A stretch of 32,000 bases of DNA from Erysipelotrichaceae bacterium OH741_COT-311 (GTDB lineage: Bacteria > Bacillota_I > Bacilli_A > Erysipelotrichales > Erysipelotrichaceae). This document shows positions 1 to 9,960 of this stretch, in pieces. The notes beneath the pieces were generated by a model. That model ran no database searches. It had not been told where the DNA came from and saw only the letters and a list, made by a program, of their open reading frames with translations. The DNA lies in NCBI GenBank assembly GCA_003858585.1, contig RQZE01000006.1, positions 60,001 to 92,000 on the forward strand, in the 5' to 3' direction. Position numbers and translations under genes: made by a program. Position 1 is the first letter of the stretch. Each line of letters starts with the position of its first letter.

Positions 1-55
1 TCTATGTGTTGTTTAGAATCATCTAATTTGTAGATGCTTGTAAACAGCACATAGA
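1..55. repeat. Long imperfect inverted repeat / hairpin touching the window edge
   Basis: tctatgtgttgttta (1-15) is the reverse complement of taaacagcacataga (41-55), apart from one G-T position. A nested pair catcta (20-25) / tagatg (31-36) has a 5-nt loop. No T-run follows on the + strand. It lies directly upstream of the KilA-N RBS. Confidence 0.6.
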
Positions 56-77
56 ACCTAGAAAGGAGGAATGAGTT

Positions 78-938
78 TTGTCAAAGATACAAAAAGATAA
101 AATTAAAGCTCAAGGATTCAGCATAGAAATTTACACAGAAGACTTCAAAAATGATTATATATCTTTAACAGATATTGCAAGATATAAAAATGAAGATGAT
201 CCAAGATTTGTTATTCAGAATTGGATGAGGAATAGAAACACATTAGAATTTATTGGATTATGGGAAATATTAAATAACAAAGATTTTAACCGTGTGCAAT
301 TCGACACGTTTAAAATGGAAGCCGGCTTAAATAGATTTACAATGACACCTCAAAAATGGATTGAAAATACAAATGCAAAAGGTATTGTATCGAAATCTGG
401 GAGATATGGAGGAACATATGCTCATAGTGATATTGCATTAGAATTTGCTTCTTGGTTATCTCCAGAGTTTAAGTTGTATATCATTCAAGATTATAAAAGA
501 TTGAAATCTGATGAAACTTCTAGGTTATCACTCACTTGGAATTTACACAGAGAAATATCTAAAATAAATTACAAGATACACACAGATGCCATTCAAACAT
601 ATCTTCTAAATGATTTAACAGATAGTCAATTAGGATTTCAATATGCAAGCGAAGCAGATATGTTGAATGTTGCCTTATTTAATAAGACTGCTAAACAATG
701 GCGAGATGAAAATAAAGATTTAAAAGGTAATATGAGAGACTATGCAAGTTTAAATGAGTTACTTGTATTAGCTAATATGGAAAGCTACAATGCAATTCTC
801 ATTGAAAAAGGAATTCGCCAAAAGGAAAGAATGATAGAACTAAGAAAACTTGCAAGAACACAATTGATATCACTTGAAAAAATTGGTGATAGCAGTATTA
901 AAAAAATAGGAGAAAAAAATAACTATTATAAGAGATAA
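78..938 (+). CDS. KilA-N domain-containing protein
   Basis: TTG start 8 nt after AGGAGG (64-69). The N-terminal half (ISLTDIARYK...GTYAHSDIALEFASWLSPEFKLYII) matches the KilA-N DNA-binding domain pattern. The C-terminal half is helical and charged. Confidence 0.75.
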   Translation: MSKIQKDKIKAQGFSIEIYTEDFKNDYISLTDIARYKNEDDPRFVIQNWMRNRNTLEFIGLWEILNNKDFNRVQFDTFKMEAGLNRFTMTPQKWIENTNAKGIVSKSGRYGGTYAHSDIALEFASWLSPEFKLYIIQDYKRLKSDETSRLSLTWNLHREISKINYKIHTDAIQTYLLNDLTDSQLGFQYASEADMLNVALFNKTAKQWRDENKDLKGNMRDYASLNELLVLANMESYNAILIEKGIRQKERMIELRKLARTQLISLEKIGDSSIKKIGEKNNYYKR

Positions 939-1053
939 ATAGTTAAATTAGAATTGACCGAGCTATTTAGAGTGAGAGATGCTTCTTTACCTTTAGGTCA
1001 AGAAGATGGATGTAGTAAAAAAATAAATTAGAATTTGTGGGGGGTAACATTAT

Positions 1054-1755
1054 ATGGAGAAACAGACACTGACAATCGAGCAAAAACGTTTGGATATAGA
1101 TATTTGGATTATTGTTTTAGTGACTCTGGGATCTTTTGTAATTTATACAATCACGGGTAATCAGCTGATGAACTTTGTGAAAAACAGTGATGTATCAGTA
1201 ATTCCAAGGTTACTGCTAAATGCTACTGTCCAGTTTGGGGTTGCAGGTATGGGTATCTCACTGGTTTGTATTTTACGAAAAGAAAGGTTTTCGAAATTTG
1301 GTCTGAAAACAAAGAACAGCGGTAAAGCCATAATTGGAACAGTTTTATGTTTTGTGCCTATTATCGGTTATATCTTTGCCTCGGGACAGTTTAGTGGCTA
1401 TCAGCCATTTAGCACTATATTGGTAATAAAGGATATGCTGTCAGCAGGTGCGCCTGTTTCAATCATTGGTATGGTAATCATCATTGTAGTCTGGGGTTTT
1501 GAAGGTTTCAATTATGTTGTTATCTGCTATAAGATCAACAAACGATACCCTTCGACGAATCAGTGGTTGGATTACGGTGCAATTACCTGCGCCATTGTAT
1601 GCATTCTGTTTCATCCAATAAGCTTTTCTTTTTGGGGCATTGTTCAGATCATAACTACATTTGCTGCAATATATGGAATGTTGATTGTTAAGAAGATAAC
1701 TGGAAATGCATGGGGATGTATATTTGCCTTCTTGTTTATCTGGAATGCAATATAA
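1054..1755 (+). CDS. Polytopic membrane protein, CPBP/Abi-like with substituted catalytic motifs (function uncertain)
   Basis: ATG follows a G-rich SD. It has about 6-7 hydrophobic segments. The motif positions resemble the CPBP family but are degenerate: WGFEGFNY instead of EExxxR, LFHP retained, and FLFIWN instead of HxxxN. It lies directly upstream of a bona fide CPBP gene. Confidence 0.5.
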   Translation: MEKQTLTIEQKRLDIDIWIIVLVTLGSFVIYTITGNQLMNFVKNSDVSVIPRLLLNATVQFGVAGMGISLVCILRKERFSKFGLKTKNSGKAIIGTVLCFVPIIGYIFASGQFSGYQPFSTILVIKDMLSAGAPVSIIGMVIIIVVWGFEGFNYVVICYKINKRYPSTNQWLDYGAITCAIVCILFHPISFSFWGIVQIITTFAAIYGMLIVKKITGNAWGCIFAFLFIWNAI

Positions 1756-1917
1756 ATTATAGATTACTTGAAGATTATGATAAGAGGAATTTGTTTGATA
1801 TTGAGAAGTACTTGGAGAGAAAAGGTAAAGTAAAAATAAGTAATAAAATAGCTGTGTCAAGGATGTAATAAAAGTTAGATAAATTTGAATTTATCGAGAT
1901 GAAAGGAGTTATAGAAT

Positions 1918-2592
1918 ATGGATAAAGAAAATAACCAAAATCAAAGGAAAGGTAAGATTTTAACAATTATTGGACTAATTGCAATGATGTTATTAACTAT
2001 AACAAAAGTAGTTCCAACAACATCAATAGCAGGATATTCAGTATTAGTAGGTATTGCATTTTTCTTTATAGTAGAAGCAATTCAAAAAATTCCGAATGAA
2101 GAGTCTGGATTACGATTCAAAACATTTATAAGAGATATTAAGAAACCCAAGGTTATTCTTTTGGTATTGATTCCAATTTTAATAGCAATTATGACATTAG
2201 TTATCGGAGATATAGTTTTTAATGGTACTTTCAGTTCTCATGTTATAGGAAGAAGTAGTTCTATGTTGTCGTTTGAACAATTGCCACTTCTTATGATACA
2301 AGTAGTAATTGCAGCACTAGGTGAGGAAATTGCTTGGCGAGGTTTCTTTTTAGACAAGACAATGAAAATATTTCCGTTTTGGGTATCTGCTATAGTTTCA
2401 TCTATATTATTTGCTATTGGACATATTGCAATTGGAAATTTTGGATTAGTATTTTATGATGTTTTTACCATTTTTATTGATAGTACTATTTATGCACTTA
2501 TTTATAAAAAAACAAATAATTGTCTTGTTAGTACACTTTCACATATTATTTGCAATATGACTGGTATTTTTTTAACTTTTATTCTTATGTAA
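1918..2592 (+). CDS. CPBP family intramembrane glutamic endopeptidase (Abi/CAAX-protease-like, PF02517 type)
   Basis: AAAGGAG RBS. All three family motifs are present: GEEIAWRGF (EExxxR), LFAIGH (FxxxH) and SHIICN (HxxxN). The protein is multi-TM. Confidence 0.8.
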   Translation: MDKENNQNQRKGKILTIIGLIAMMLLTITKVVPTTSIAGYSVLVGIAFFFIVEAIQKIPNEESGLRFKTFIRDIKKPKVILLVLIPILIAIMTLVIGDIVFNGTFSSHVIGRSSSMLSFEQLPLLMIQVVIAALGEEIAWRGFFLDKTMKIFPFWVSAIVSSILFAIGHIAIGNFGLVFYDVFTIFIDSTIYALIYKKTNNCLVSTLSHIICNMTGIFLTFILM

Positions 2593-2661
2593 GAAAGACA
2601 AATCCCAGTTTGTAGGCTAAGTAGCCCTCCTGAATAGATGAAAATTTAGTATCTGCAACCC

Positions 2662-3519
2662 TTGATTTTACTATATGATTTAACATGGGGGAGCGCAGGT
2701 TTTCTTATTAGCAGTATGGAGATTATGATAGAAAGTGCTGAAAATAAATATGGCAAAGACACAACAAGAGCAAAAGAAAAAATAGAAGAAATTAAGAAGA
2801 AGAGACTATTAGGAGTTGAATTAAATGCTGAAATGTATACTTTAGCTGCGACAAATATGATACTTAGAGGAGATGGTTCAAGTAATATTCAAAAAGGCAA
2901 TACATTCAAAACACCTGAAGAACTTTATATAAATTTTAAAGCAGATAGAATATTATTAAATCCACCATTTTCTTTTGAAGAAAATGGAATGCCATTTATA
3001 GCATTTGGTCTTGATAAGATGGAAAAAGGTGGATTAGGTGCTATTATTATCCAAGATAGTGCTGGGAGTGGTCAAGCCACAAAAAGTACAAAAGAGATAT
3101 TGAAAAAACATACACTCATTGCAAGTATAAAAATGCCAACAGATTTATTTATTCCTATGGCAGGAGTTCAAACAAGTATTTATATTTTTGAAGCAGGAAA
3201 ACCACATGACTATGAAAAAACTGTTAAATTTATTGATTTTAGAAATGATGGTTACAAGAGAACAAAACGAGGATTAAATGAAATAGACAATCCGACAGAA
3301 AAATATCAAGACATAATTAAGATTTTTGAGGCAGGAAAATCTGCTAAGGTAAATAAGGAATTGTGGAACTTGGACGAAATCTACATTGAAGACTTTATAA
3401 ACGAAAGTGGAGCGGATTGGAATTTTGAACAACATAGAATAATTGATACAAAACCTCAGTTAGAAGATTTCAAAAAAATAGTATCAATTATTTGGCTTGG
3501 GAAGTATCTAATATACTAA
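2662..3519 (+). pseudogene. hsdM: Type I RM N6-adenine DNA methyltransferase (HsdM-like), N-terminally truncated
   Basis: The AdoMet motif I (DLTWGSAGFL, cf. DPxCGSGGFL) is only ~6 residues from the start of the open frame. A stop at 2647-2649 closes the frame upstream. NPPF motif IV is present (LLNPPFSF). The HsdM N-terminal domain (~150-200 aa) is absent. The only available start is TTG, with no SD. Confidence 0.75.
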
Positions 3520-3532
3520 AGAAAGAGGGTAC

Positions 3533-4708
<1,176 letters not shown>

Positions 4709-4718
4709 AGAAAATTTT

Positions 4719-4750
4719 AGACGATTAGATAAAATCTAGTCGTCTTTTCT
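4719..4750 (+). terminator. Rho-independent terminator after hsdS
   Basis: agacgattagat (4719-4730) pairs with atctagtcgtct (4734-4745) with one mismatch and a 3-nt loop. It is followed by tttct. Confidence 0.6.
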
Positions 4751-4775
4751 TACTTCAAAAAAAGGATATTTTTAG

Positions 4776-5350
4776 ATGGAAAATTGTTTTCGTTTTTCAA
4801 TAGACATTATTTCAAGGGAAAAAGGAAAGAGTACAGTTGTAAGCGCTACATATATTAGTAGAGAGAAAATAAAAAACTAATTGAAGATTTTATTCAAATC
4901 AATTTAGTAAAAAAGGGAATGATAGTAGACTATGCAATGCACGATGAAAGAAGTAAAGGAAATGAGAACATCCACGCACATTTACTAGCAATAATGCGAT
5001 CCATAAATGAAAAAGGAGAGTGGCAAGCAAAAAGCAAAAAAGAATATATCTTAGATGAAAAAGGAAAAAAGGTATTAGGCAAAAACGGAAAACATAAAAC
5101 ACAAAAAGTAGAACTCACTACTTGGAATGATAAAGGCAATGTGGAAAAATGGCGAGAAAGCTTTTCAAATTTATGTAATTCATATTTAGAAAAAATAATA
5201 TAAAAATGAATATACCATTGTTCTTTTCAAAGACAAGAAAGTGATTATCTAACAACTATACACTTAGGATATAAAGCAAGTTTCTTAGAGAAAGAAGGAA
5301 TATAAACCGAAAAAGGAAACTACAATCGAGAAATTAAAAAACAATTCCTT
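4776..5350 (+). pseudogene. MobA/MobL-family (MOBQ-like) relaxase, heavily decayed
   Basis: Remnants of all three relaxase regions are visible.
- N-terminal: MENCFRFSIDIISREKGKSTVVSATYISREK, ending at a stop at 4878-4880.
- Frame change and internal deletion, then LIEDFIQINLVKKGMIVDYAMHDE...NIHAHLL (the HxDE...NxHxH metal motif).
- In-frame stops at 5201 (TAA), 5207 (TGA) and after EKEGI.
- The conserved block SFQRQESDYLTTIHLGYKASFLEKEGI*TEKGNYNREIKK.
Downstream, 5350-5800 is Lys/Glu-rich debris. Confidence 0.75.
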
Positions 5351-6025
5351 AATAGATATGTTTAAAAATCAATTTAGCAATATCTCAAGATATATTAAAA
5401 ACCTAACTCAATCATTTACTGAAAATATAAAACTAAGTGAAGAAGAGCTAGAAAAAGATTATTATTATTTAATTTAGAAGAGTACCTATGATTTTGAAAA
5501 TATGTAAGTGGTTATTACTATCTAAAAAAACAAACTTAATACCATAGAAGAAATTTGAAGGGCAAGGAAAAATTAATAAACGAATAAAGACAATTAGAAG
5601 TAAAAGTCTAGTTATCTTTTTATTTGAAAGAAAGAATGGAAGACATAAAAAAGCAAAAACTCAAAATAAAGATAAAAATAATCAAATTAGAGTGCAAAAA
5701 GTCGTACGTAAATGGAATAGAATATAATGCAGGGTTACATTTTAGTCAAAAAAGTAAAAAACAATGTTTGATAAGATTAAAAAGATTATTGTAAAAAGAA
5801 AAAATATCTAGTTTTTGATTAGAAAGTCTTTGACAAGTAGCAACAGAGCAGATAAAAAAGTAATGTATTTATTTTGATAATAGTAATTTTTGATTGGTTT
5901 ACCTTTATTTGTCTTCATAACAAATTTCTATGCATTTTTACCTATCTTTCACAATTTCGTAGTATAATGTATGCCTATTGTGGCACACCAACAAGCGTGG
6001 TACAATTTACTAAAGGTGGAATGTT

Positions 6026-6889
6026 ATGTTAAAAAAAGTAGTTTTAGTTAGTGGAATGTCTGGTGCTGGGAAAACCTTAGCTTCTTCTATCTTAGAAGAT
6101 ATGGGATACCACATTATTGATCAATATCCGGTACAGTTATTATCGTTATTAGTCGATTTAATTGAAAATAGCAGTGATCCTAGATACAACAATGTTGCCC
6201 TAGCGACATCACTGACCGATTTTAATGATTTTTATCGTGCCTTTAATGGTAGTGAATTAGATGTACGTGTCTTATTCTTAGATGCAAGCAATGAAGTCTT
6301 ATTACATCGTTATAAATCAACACGTCGTACCCATCCGTTATTAATTAGTAATGTAAGTAATACTTTAGAAGAAGCCATTAGTATTGAACGTAGTGATTTT
6401 AATACCAAAAAGGATCAAAGTAGTGTGGTAATTGATACAACGTTATTAACCGCATCAATTTTAAAGTCTAAAATTGAAAAAATATTTGCATTATCAACAA
6501 CCCCTGTTTTTACGATTAGCTTTTTATCGTTTGGATATAAACACGGAGTTCCTTTGGATGCGGATTTAATGATTGATGTTCGTTTTCTAAAAAATCCATA
6601 TTGGGATTTAGACTTAAGAATGTATTCAGGTAACGATGAAAGTGTTTATAACTATGTTATGGATGATCCGGTTACACAGGAGTTTATTGTAAAATTACAA
6701 GACTTTTTGGATTATGCATTTCATCAATATGTTAAAGAAGGAAAAAATCATTTTACAGTAGCGATTGGATGTACCGGAGGACAACATCGTTCGGTAACAA
6801 TCACTAATTATCTTTATAAATTATATAGTAAGACGTATAACTGTTATAAAGATCATCGTGATGTAAAGGAATTTAAGCATGAAAAATAA
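6026..6889 (+). CDS. rapZ: RNase adapter protein RapZ (YvcJ family P-loop protein)
   Basis: Walker A GMSGAGKT near the N-terminus and the C-terminal signature GCTGGQHRSV. AAAGGTGG RBS. Conserved rapZ-yvcK-whiA order. Confidence 0.9.
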   Translation: MLKKVVLVSGMSGAGKTLASSILEDMGYHIIDQYPVQLLSLLVDLIENSSDPRYNNVALATSLTDFNDFYRAFNGSELDVRVLFLDASNEVLLHRYKSTRRTHPLLISNVSNTLEEAISIERSDFNTKKDQSSVVIDTTLLTASILKSKIEKIFALSTTPVFTISFLSFGYKHGVPLDADLMIDVRFLKNPYWDLDLRMYSGNDESVYNYVMDDPVTQEFIVKLQDFLDYAFHQYVKEGKNHFTVAIGCTGGQHRSVTITNYLYKLYSKTYNCYKDHRDVKEFKHEK

Positions 6890-7826
6890 GAAAGTGGTTG
6901 TTATTGGTGGAGGACATGGTTTAAGTACCATTTTGCGTGGGATTAAAACCATTGAACACATTGATATTAGTGCCATTGTGACAGTGGCGGATGATGGAGG
7001 CAGTACGGGACGTTTGCGTAATTACTTTAATATACCGGCAATGGGAGATATTCGTAGTGTTATGATTGCTCTTGCAGATAGTGAACCGTTGTTAAAGACA
7101 CTCATGGAGTATCGTTTTGAAGGTGATCAGGAACAAGATGTCATTGGTCATAATTTAGGGAATCTTATTTTAACGGCGTTAACACAAACCAGTGGTTCCT
7201 TTATTGAAAGCATTCAAACCATCAGCAAGGTATTAAATGTAAAGGGAGATATTATCCCTTCCAGCAATGAAGTGATTACGTTATATGCTTTAATGGAAGA
7301 TAATACCATTGTAAAGGGAGAAGCGAATATTCCAACAATAAATAACCGTATTAAAAAGGTGTATTATGATTGTAAAGTCAATGCGACATCCAAGGCAATT
7401 TCAGCAATTCAACAGGCAGATTTAATTATCTATGGAATTGGAAGTGTCTATACCAGTATTATGCCGAATATCATTATCGAAGATATTAAGAAGGCTTTAT
7501 GTAACAGTAAGGCATATAAAGTGTATGTATGTAATGCCATGAGTCAGCCTGGAGAAACGGATGGGTATAGTGTTGAAGATCATGTTCAAGCGATTCTTGA
7601 TCATGGTGGGGTTTTGGATAGTGTTGTGATTCATAATGATGTGATACCGACCTATTTGTTGGAAAAATATCAAAAACAAGGAAGTCAGGAAGTAAAGGTG
7701 AAGAAGAATCAACATGATTATGAGTTGTTGTCATTTAATTTGTTGAGCTTTCAAAATGATTATGTAAGGCATGATTCTTTAAAATTAAAAAAATGCGTAG
7801 AAGCATTGCTTAGAAGGGTTGATTAG
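6879..7826 (+). CDS. yvcK: Gluconeogenesis factor YvcK family protein (UPF0052/CofD-like)
   Basis: VVVIGGGHGLSTILRG N-terminus, typical of the family. Overlaps rapZ by 11 nt. Confidence 0.9.
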   Translation: MKNKKVVVIGGGHGLSTILRGIKTIEHIDISAIVTVADDGGSTGRLRNYFNIPAMGDIRSVMIALADSEPLLKTLMEYRFEGDQEQDVIGHNLGNLILTALTQTSGSFIESIQTISKVLNVKGDIIPSSNEVITLYALMEDNTIVKGEANIPTINNRIKKVYYDCKVNATSKAISAIQQADLIIYGIGSVYTSIMPNIIIEDIKKALCNSKAYKVYVCNAMSQPGETDGYSVEDHVQAILDHGGVLDSVVIHNDVIPTYLLEKYQKQGSQEVKVKKNQHDYELLSFNLLSFQNDYVRHDSLKLKKCVEALLRRVD

Positions 7827-8756
7827 ATGTCATTTACAAGTGAAATAAAGAGTGAAATTGCTCGTAATGAACTTAAAGTTTGTTGTAAAAAAGCACAGCT
7901 TTGTGCATTAATTCAACTGTGTTCTACGCTGACGATTTCCAATAAGCAATTTCATTTAGTAATTAAGAGTGAGAATATCACTACGATTAAACGGATTTAT
8001 GTGTTATTAAAAGATCAATATCAAGTGGAACAAGAAATATCCGTTGTGAAAAAGATGAATCTTAGGAAAAACAACATTTATAGTCTAAAGGTATCCACAT
8101 CGGTCAAAGAAATCTTAGAGGATTTAACGTTATATTCAAGCAAAGGTTTGCTTGAAAAGCCGATGGCAAGTGTTGTGGTAAAAGAGTGTTGTGCACGTAG
8201 TTATTTAGCCGGTGCTTTTATGGCAATGGGTTCTTGTAATGCACCAACCAAGAGTAATTATCATTTAGAGATTGTGACACAATCAGAAAGTCATGCTAAC
8301 TTTATTGCCAAATTGATGTTACGTTTTGACTTGCCGGCAAAAGTGATTGTACGTCGGTTAAAGTATGTAACATATTTAAAGGCGTCTGATAAAATTGGAG
8401 ATTTCTTACGTTGTATTGGAGCTTTTGATTCGTTGTTAAAATTTGAGGATATTCGTATTCAACGTGATTTTCGTAATAGTTTAACACGTGTTAGTAATTG
8501 TGATTTAGCAAATGAAATGAAGTCAATTAAGGCTGCTAATAGTCAAATGGAAGATATTGATAAGATTAAGGAACATGGGCGTTATCCATATTTAGATCAA
8601 AAATTAAAAGATGTGATTGATTTACGGTTACAGCATCCGGATGCCAGTTTAAATGAGCTGTGTTTCGAGTATGAACAGCTAACCGGTATTCCGATTAGTA
8701 AGTCAGGAATGAAACATCGTTTTGTAAAAATTGCAGAAATTGCAGAAAAACTGTAG
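7827..8756 (+). CDS. whiA: DNA-binding protein WhiA
   Basis: MSFTSEIKSEI N-terminus, LAGLIDADG-like middle and C-terminal HTH region. The start abuts the yvcK stop. Confidence 0.9.
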   Translation: MSFTSEIKSEIARNELKVCCKKAQLCALIQLCSTLTISNKQFHLVIKSENITTIKRIYVLLKDQYQVEQEISVVKKMNLRKNNIYSLKVSTSVKEILEDLTLYSSKGLLEKPMASVVVKECCARSYLAGAFMAMGSCNAPTKSNYHLEIVTQSESHANFIAKLMLRFDLPAKVIVRRLKYVTYLKASDKIGDFLRCIGAFDSLLKFEDIRIQRDFRNSLTRVSNCDLANEMKSIKAANSQMEDIDKIKEHGRYPYLDQKLKDVIDLRLQHPDASLNELCFEYEQLTGIPISKSGMKHRFVKIAEIAEKL

Positions 8757-8764
8757 GAGGTTTT

Positions 8765-9028
8765 ATGAGAAGTAGAGGATATGATGTATTATCATTAATT
8801 GGATTTATTGTTGTATTGTATTTGTTGTGGCCAATTATTAAGTGGTTAATCTTTTTGGTTATCTTGGCTGTGGTTGGTTTGGTTATAGCGTTTAAGTTTG
8901 CCAAACATAAACAAAAGAAGGCGATGAATGAGTATTTAAATCAAGAGAATCTTCAAGATTTCAAACAAAGTCAAATGCACAAAGAAGATGTCATTGATGT
9001 GGAATATGTTGAAAGAGAACGTGACTAA
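8765..9028 (+). CDS. Small two-TM membrane protein, unknown function
   Basis: AGGAGG RBS 4 nt upstream. Two hydrophobic helices followed by a charged tail (KEDVIDVEYVERERD). Confidence 0.6.
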   Translation: MRSRGYDVLSLIGFIVVLYLLWPIIKWLIFLVILAVVGLVIAFKFAKHKQKKAMNEYLNQENLQDFKQSQMHKEDVIDVEYVERERD

Positions 9029-9030
9029 GC

Positions 9031-9960
9031 ATGGTGGAAGAGAAGGAATGTGACTTTGAGCCTGTATCCTTTGAGGATATTGCGACGATAGAAGTGTATT
9101 TAAAAGAAGCGAATTACTGTGAAAGCAATCATAATTTGATTAATTTATATCTGTGGATGGAATACTATCCACTCTTTAAGTATCAACATCCTAATTATTT
9201 ATTATTGCTGGGCATACATCTTGGACAGTTTTTTATGTATATGCCACTTTGTAAGCGGGAATATCTACAAGAGGCACTTATTAAAGGAAAAGCGATTTTT
9301 GATTGTTATAAACAAGAGTTTGTGTTGAGTTGCTATACCAAGGAAGTGATGGATGTAGCTCACTCATTATTTCCGGATTATCAAATCTGTGCAATTCGTG
9401 ATAGTTATGATTATATCTATGAAGTAGAGTCATTTAAAACCTTTTCGGGTAAAAAGTTGCAGAAAAAACGTAATCATTTAAATGCGTTTTATCAGTTGTA
9501 TCAAGATCGTTGGAGTTATGAAGCATTAAATGAACATAATGTGCAAGAGTGTATTGCGTATTTAAAGACATGGAAAGAAGAATTGAATGATCGTTTTGCT
9601 TTGGAGGAAAAAAAGGGCATTTTGAAGGTTTTAAGGCAATATGAGAAATTACATTACATTGGTGGAGTATTACGTATTGATGGTAAGGTAGAAGGATTTT
9701 TATTGGCTTCTGAATTGACAAAAGAGATGATTCAGGAAAATGTAGAAAAAGCTACTGCAAGTTTTCGTGGTATTTATCAAGCGTTGATTCAGCAATTTTT
9801 CTTACATGAGGGAAATGGGTATCGCTATGTGAATCGTGAAGATGATTTGGGCTTGGAGAATTTAAGGCAGGCGAAATTGGCTTATCATCCAATTTATCTG
9901 TTAGAGAAGTATCGTTTGTGTAGGGGGGATGTTTGTGAATGTGATAAGATCACAAAGTGA
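9031..9960 (+). CDS. DUF2156 / phosphatidylglycerol lysyltransferase C-terminal-like domain protein
   Basis: Family-typical blocks: NLINLYLWMEYY, FSGKKLQKKRNHLNAF, NREDDLGLENLRQAKLAYHP. Confidence 0.7.
   Translation: MVEEKECDFEPVSFEDIATIEVYLKEANYCESNHNLINLYLWMEYYPLFKYQHPNYLLLLGIHLGQFFMYMPLCKREYLQEALIKGKAIFDCYKQEFVLSCYTKEVMDVAHSLFPDYQICAIRDSYDYIYEVESFKTFSGKKLQKKRNHLNAFYQLYQDRWSYEALNEHNVQECIAYLKTWKEELNDRFALEEKKGILKVLRQYEKLHYIGGVLRIDGKVEGFLLASELTKEMIQENVEKATASFRGIYQALIQQFFLHEGNGYRYVNREDDLGLENLRQAKLAYHPIYLLEKYRLCRGDVCECDKITK

Noticed and set aside
1767-1868. Protein-like frame-3 tail LEDYDKRNLFDIEKYLERKGKVKISNKIAVSRM between the two membrane-protein genes
   Set aside because: It reads like the C-terminus of a real soluble protein, possibly another gene fragment in the island. 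It has no start codon or SD, and its upstream continuation overlaps the 1054..1755 gene. I cannot support a call.
1459-1966. Minus-strand ORFs 1459..1860 and 1775..1966
   Set aside because: They are antisense to the CPBP-like gene and the intergenic spacer. Their composition is low-complexity and Tyr/Asn/Leu-rich, typical of AT-rich shadow frames, and they lack an SD. I treat them as spurious.
4899-5139. Minus-strand ORFs 4899..5102 and 4930..5139
   Set aside because: They are antisense to the recognisable relaxase HxDE..NxHxH fragment. Their Phe/Leu-rich composition mirrors a Lys/Glu-rich sense strand.
5636-5794. 52-codon Lys-rich ORF (MEDIKKQKLKIKIKIIKLECKK...) in the debris downstream of the relaxase
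   Set aside because: The SD is weak, the sequence is low-complexity, and it lies within what looks like the decayed relaxase C-terminal region. It is most likely not a gene.
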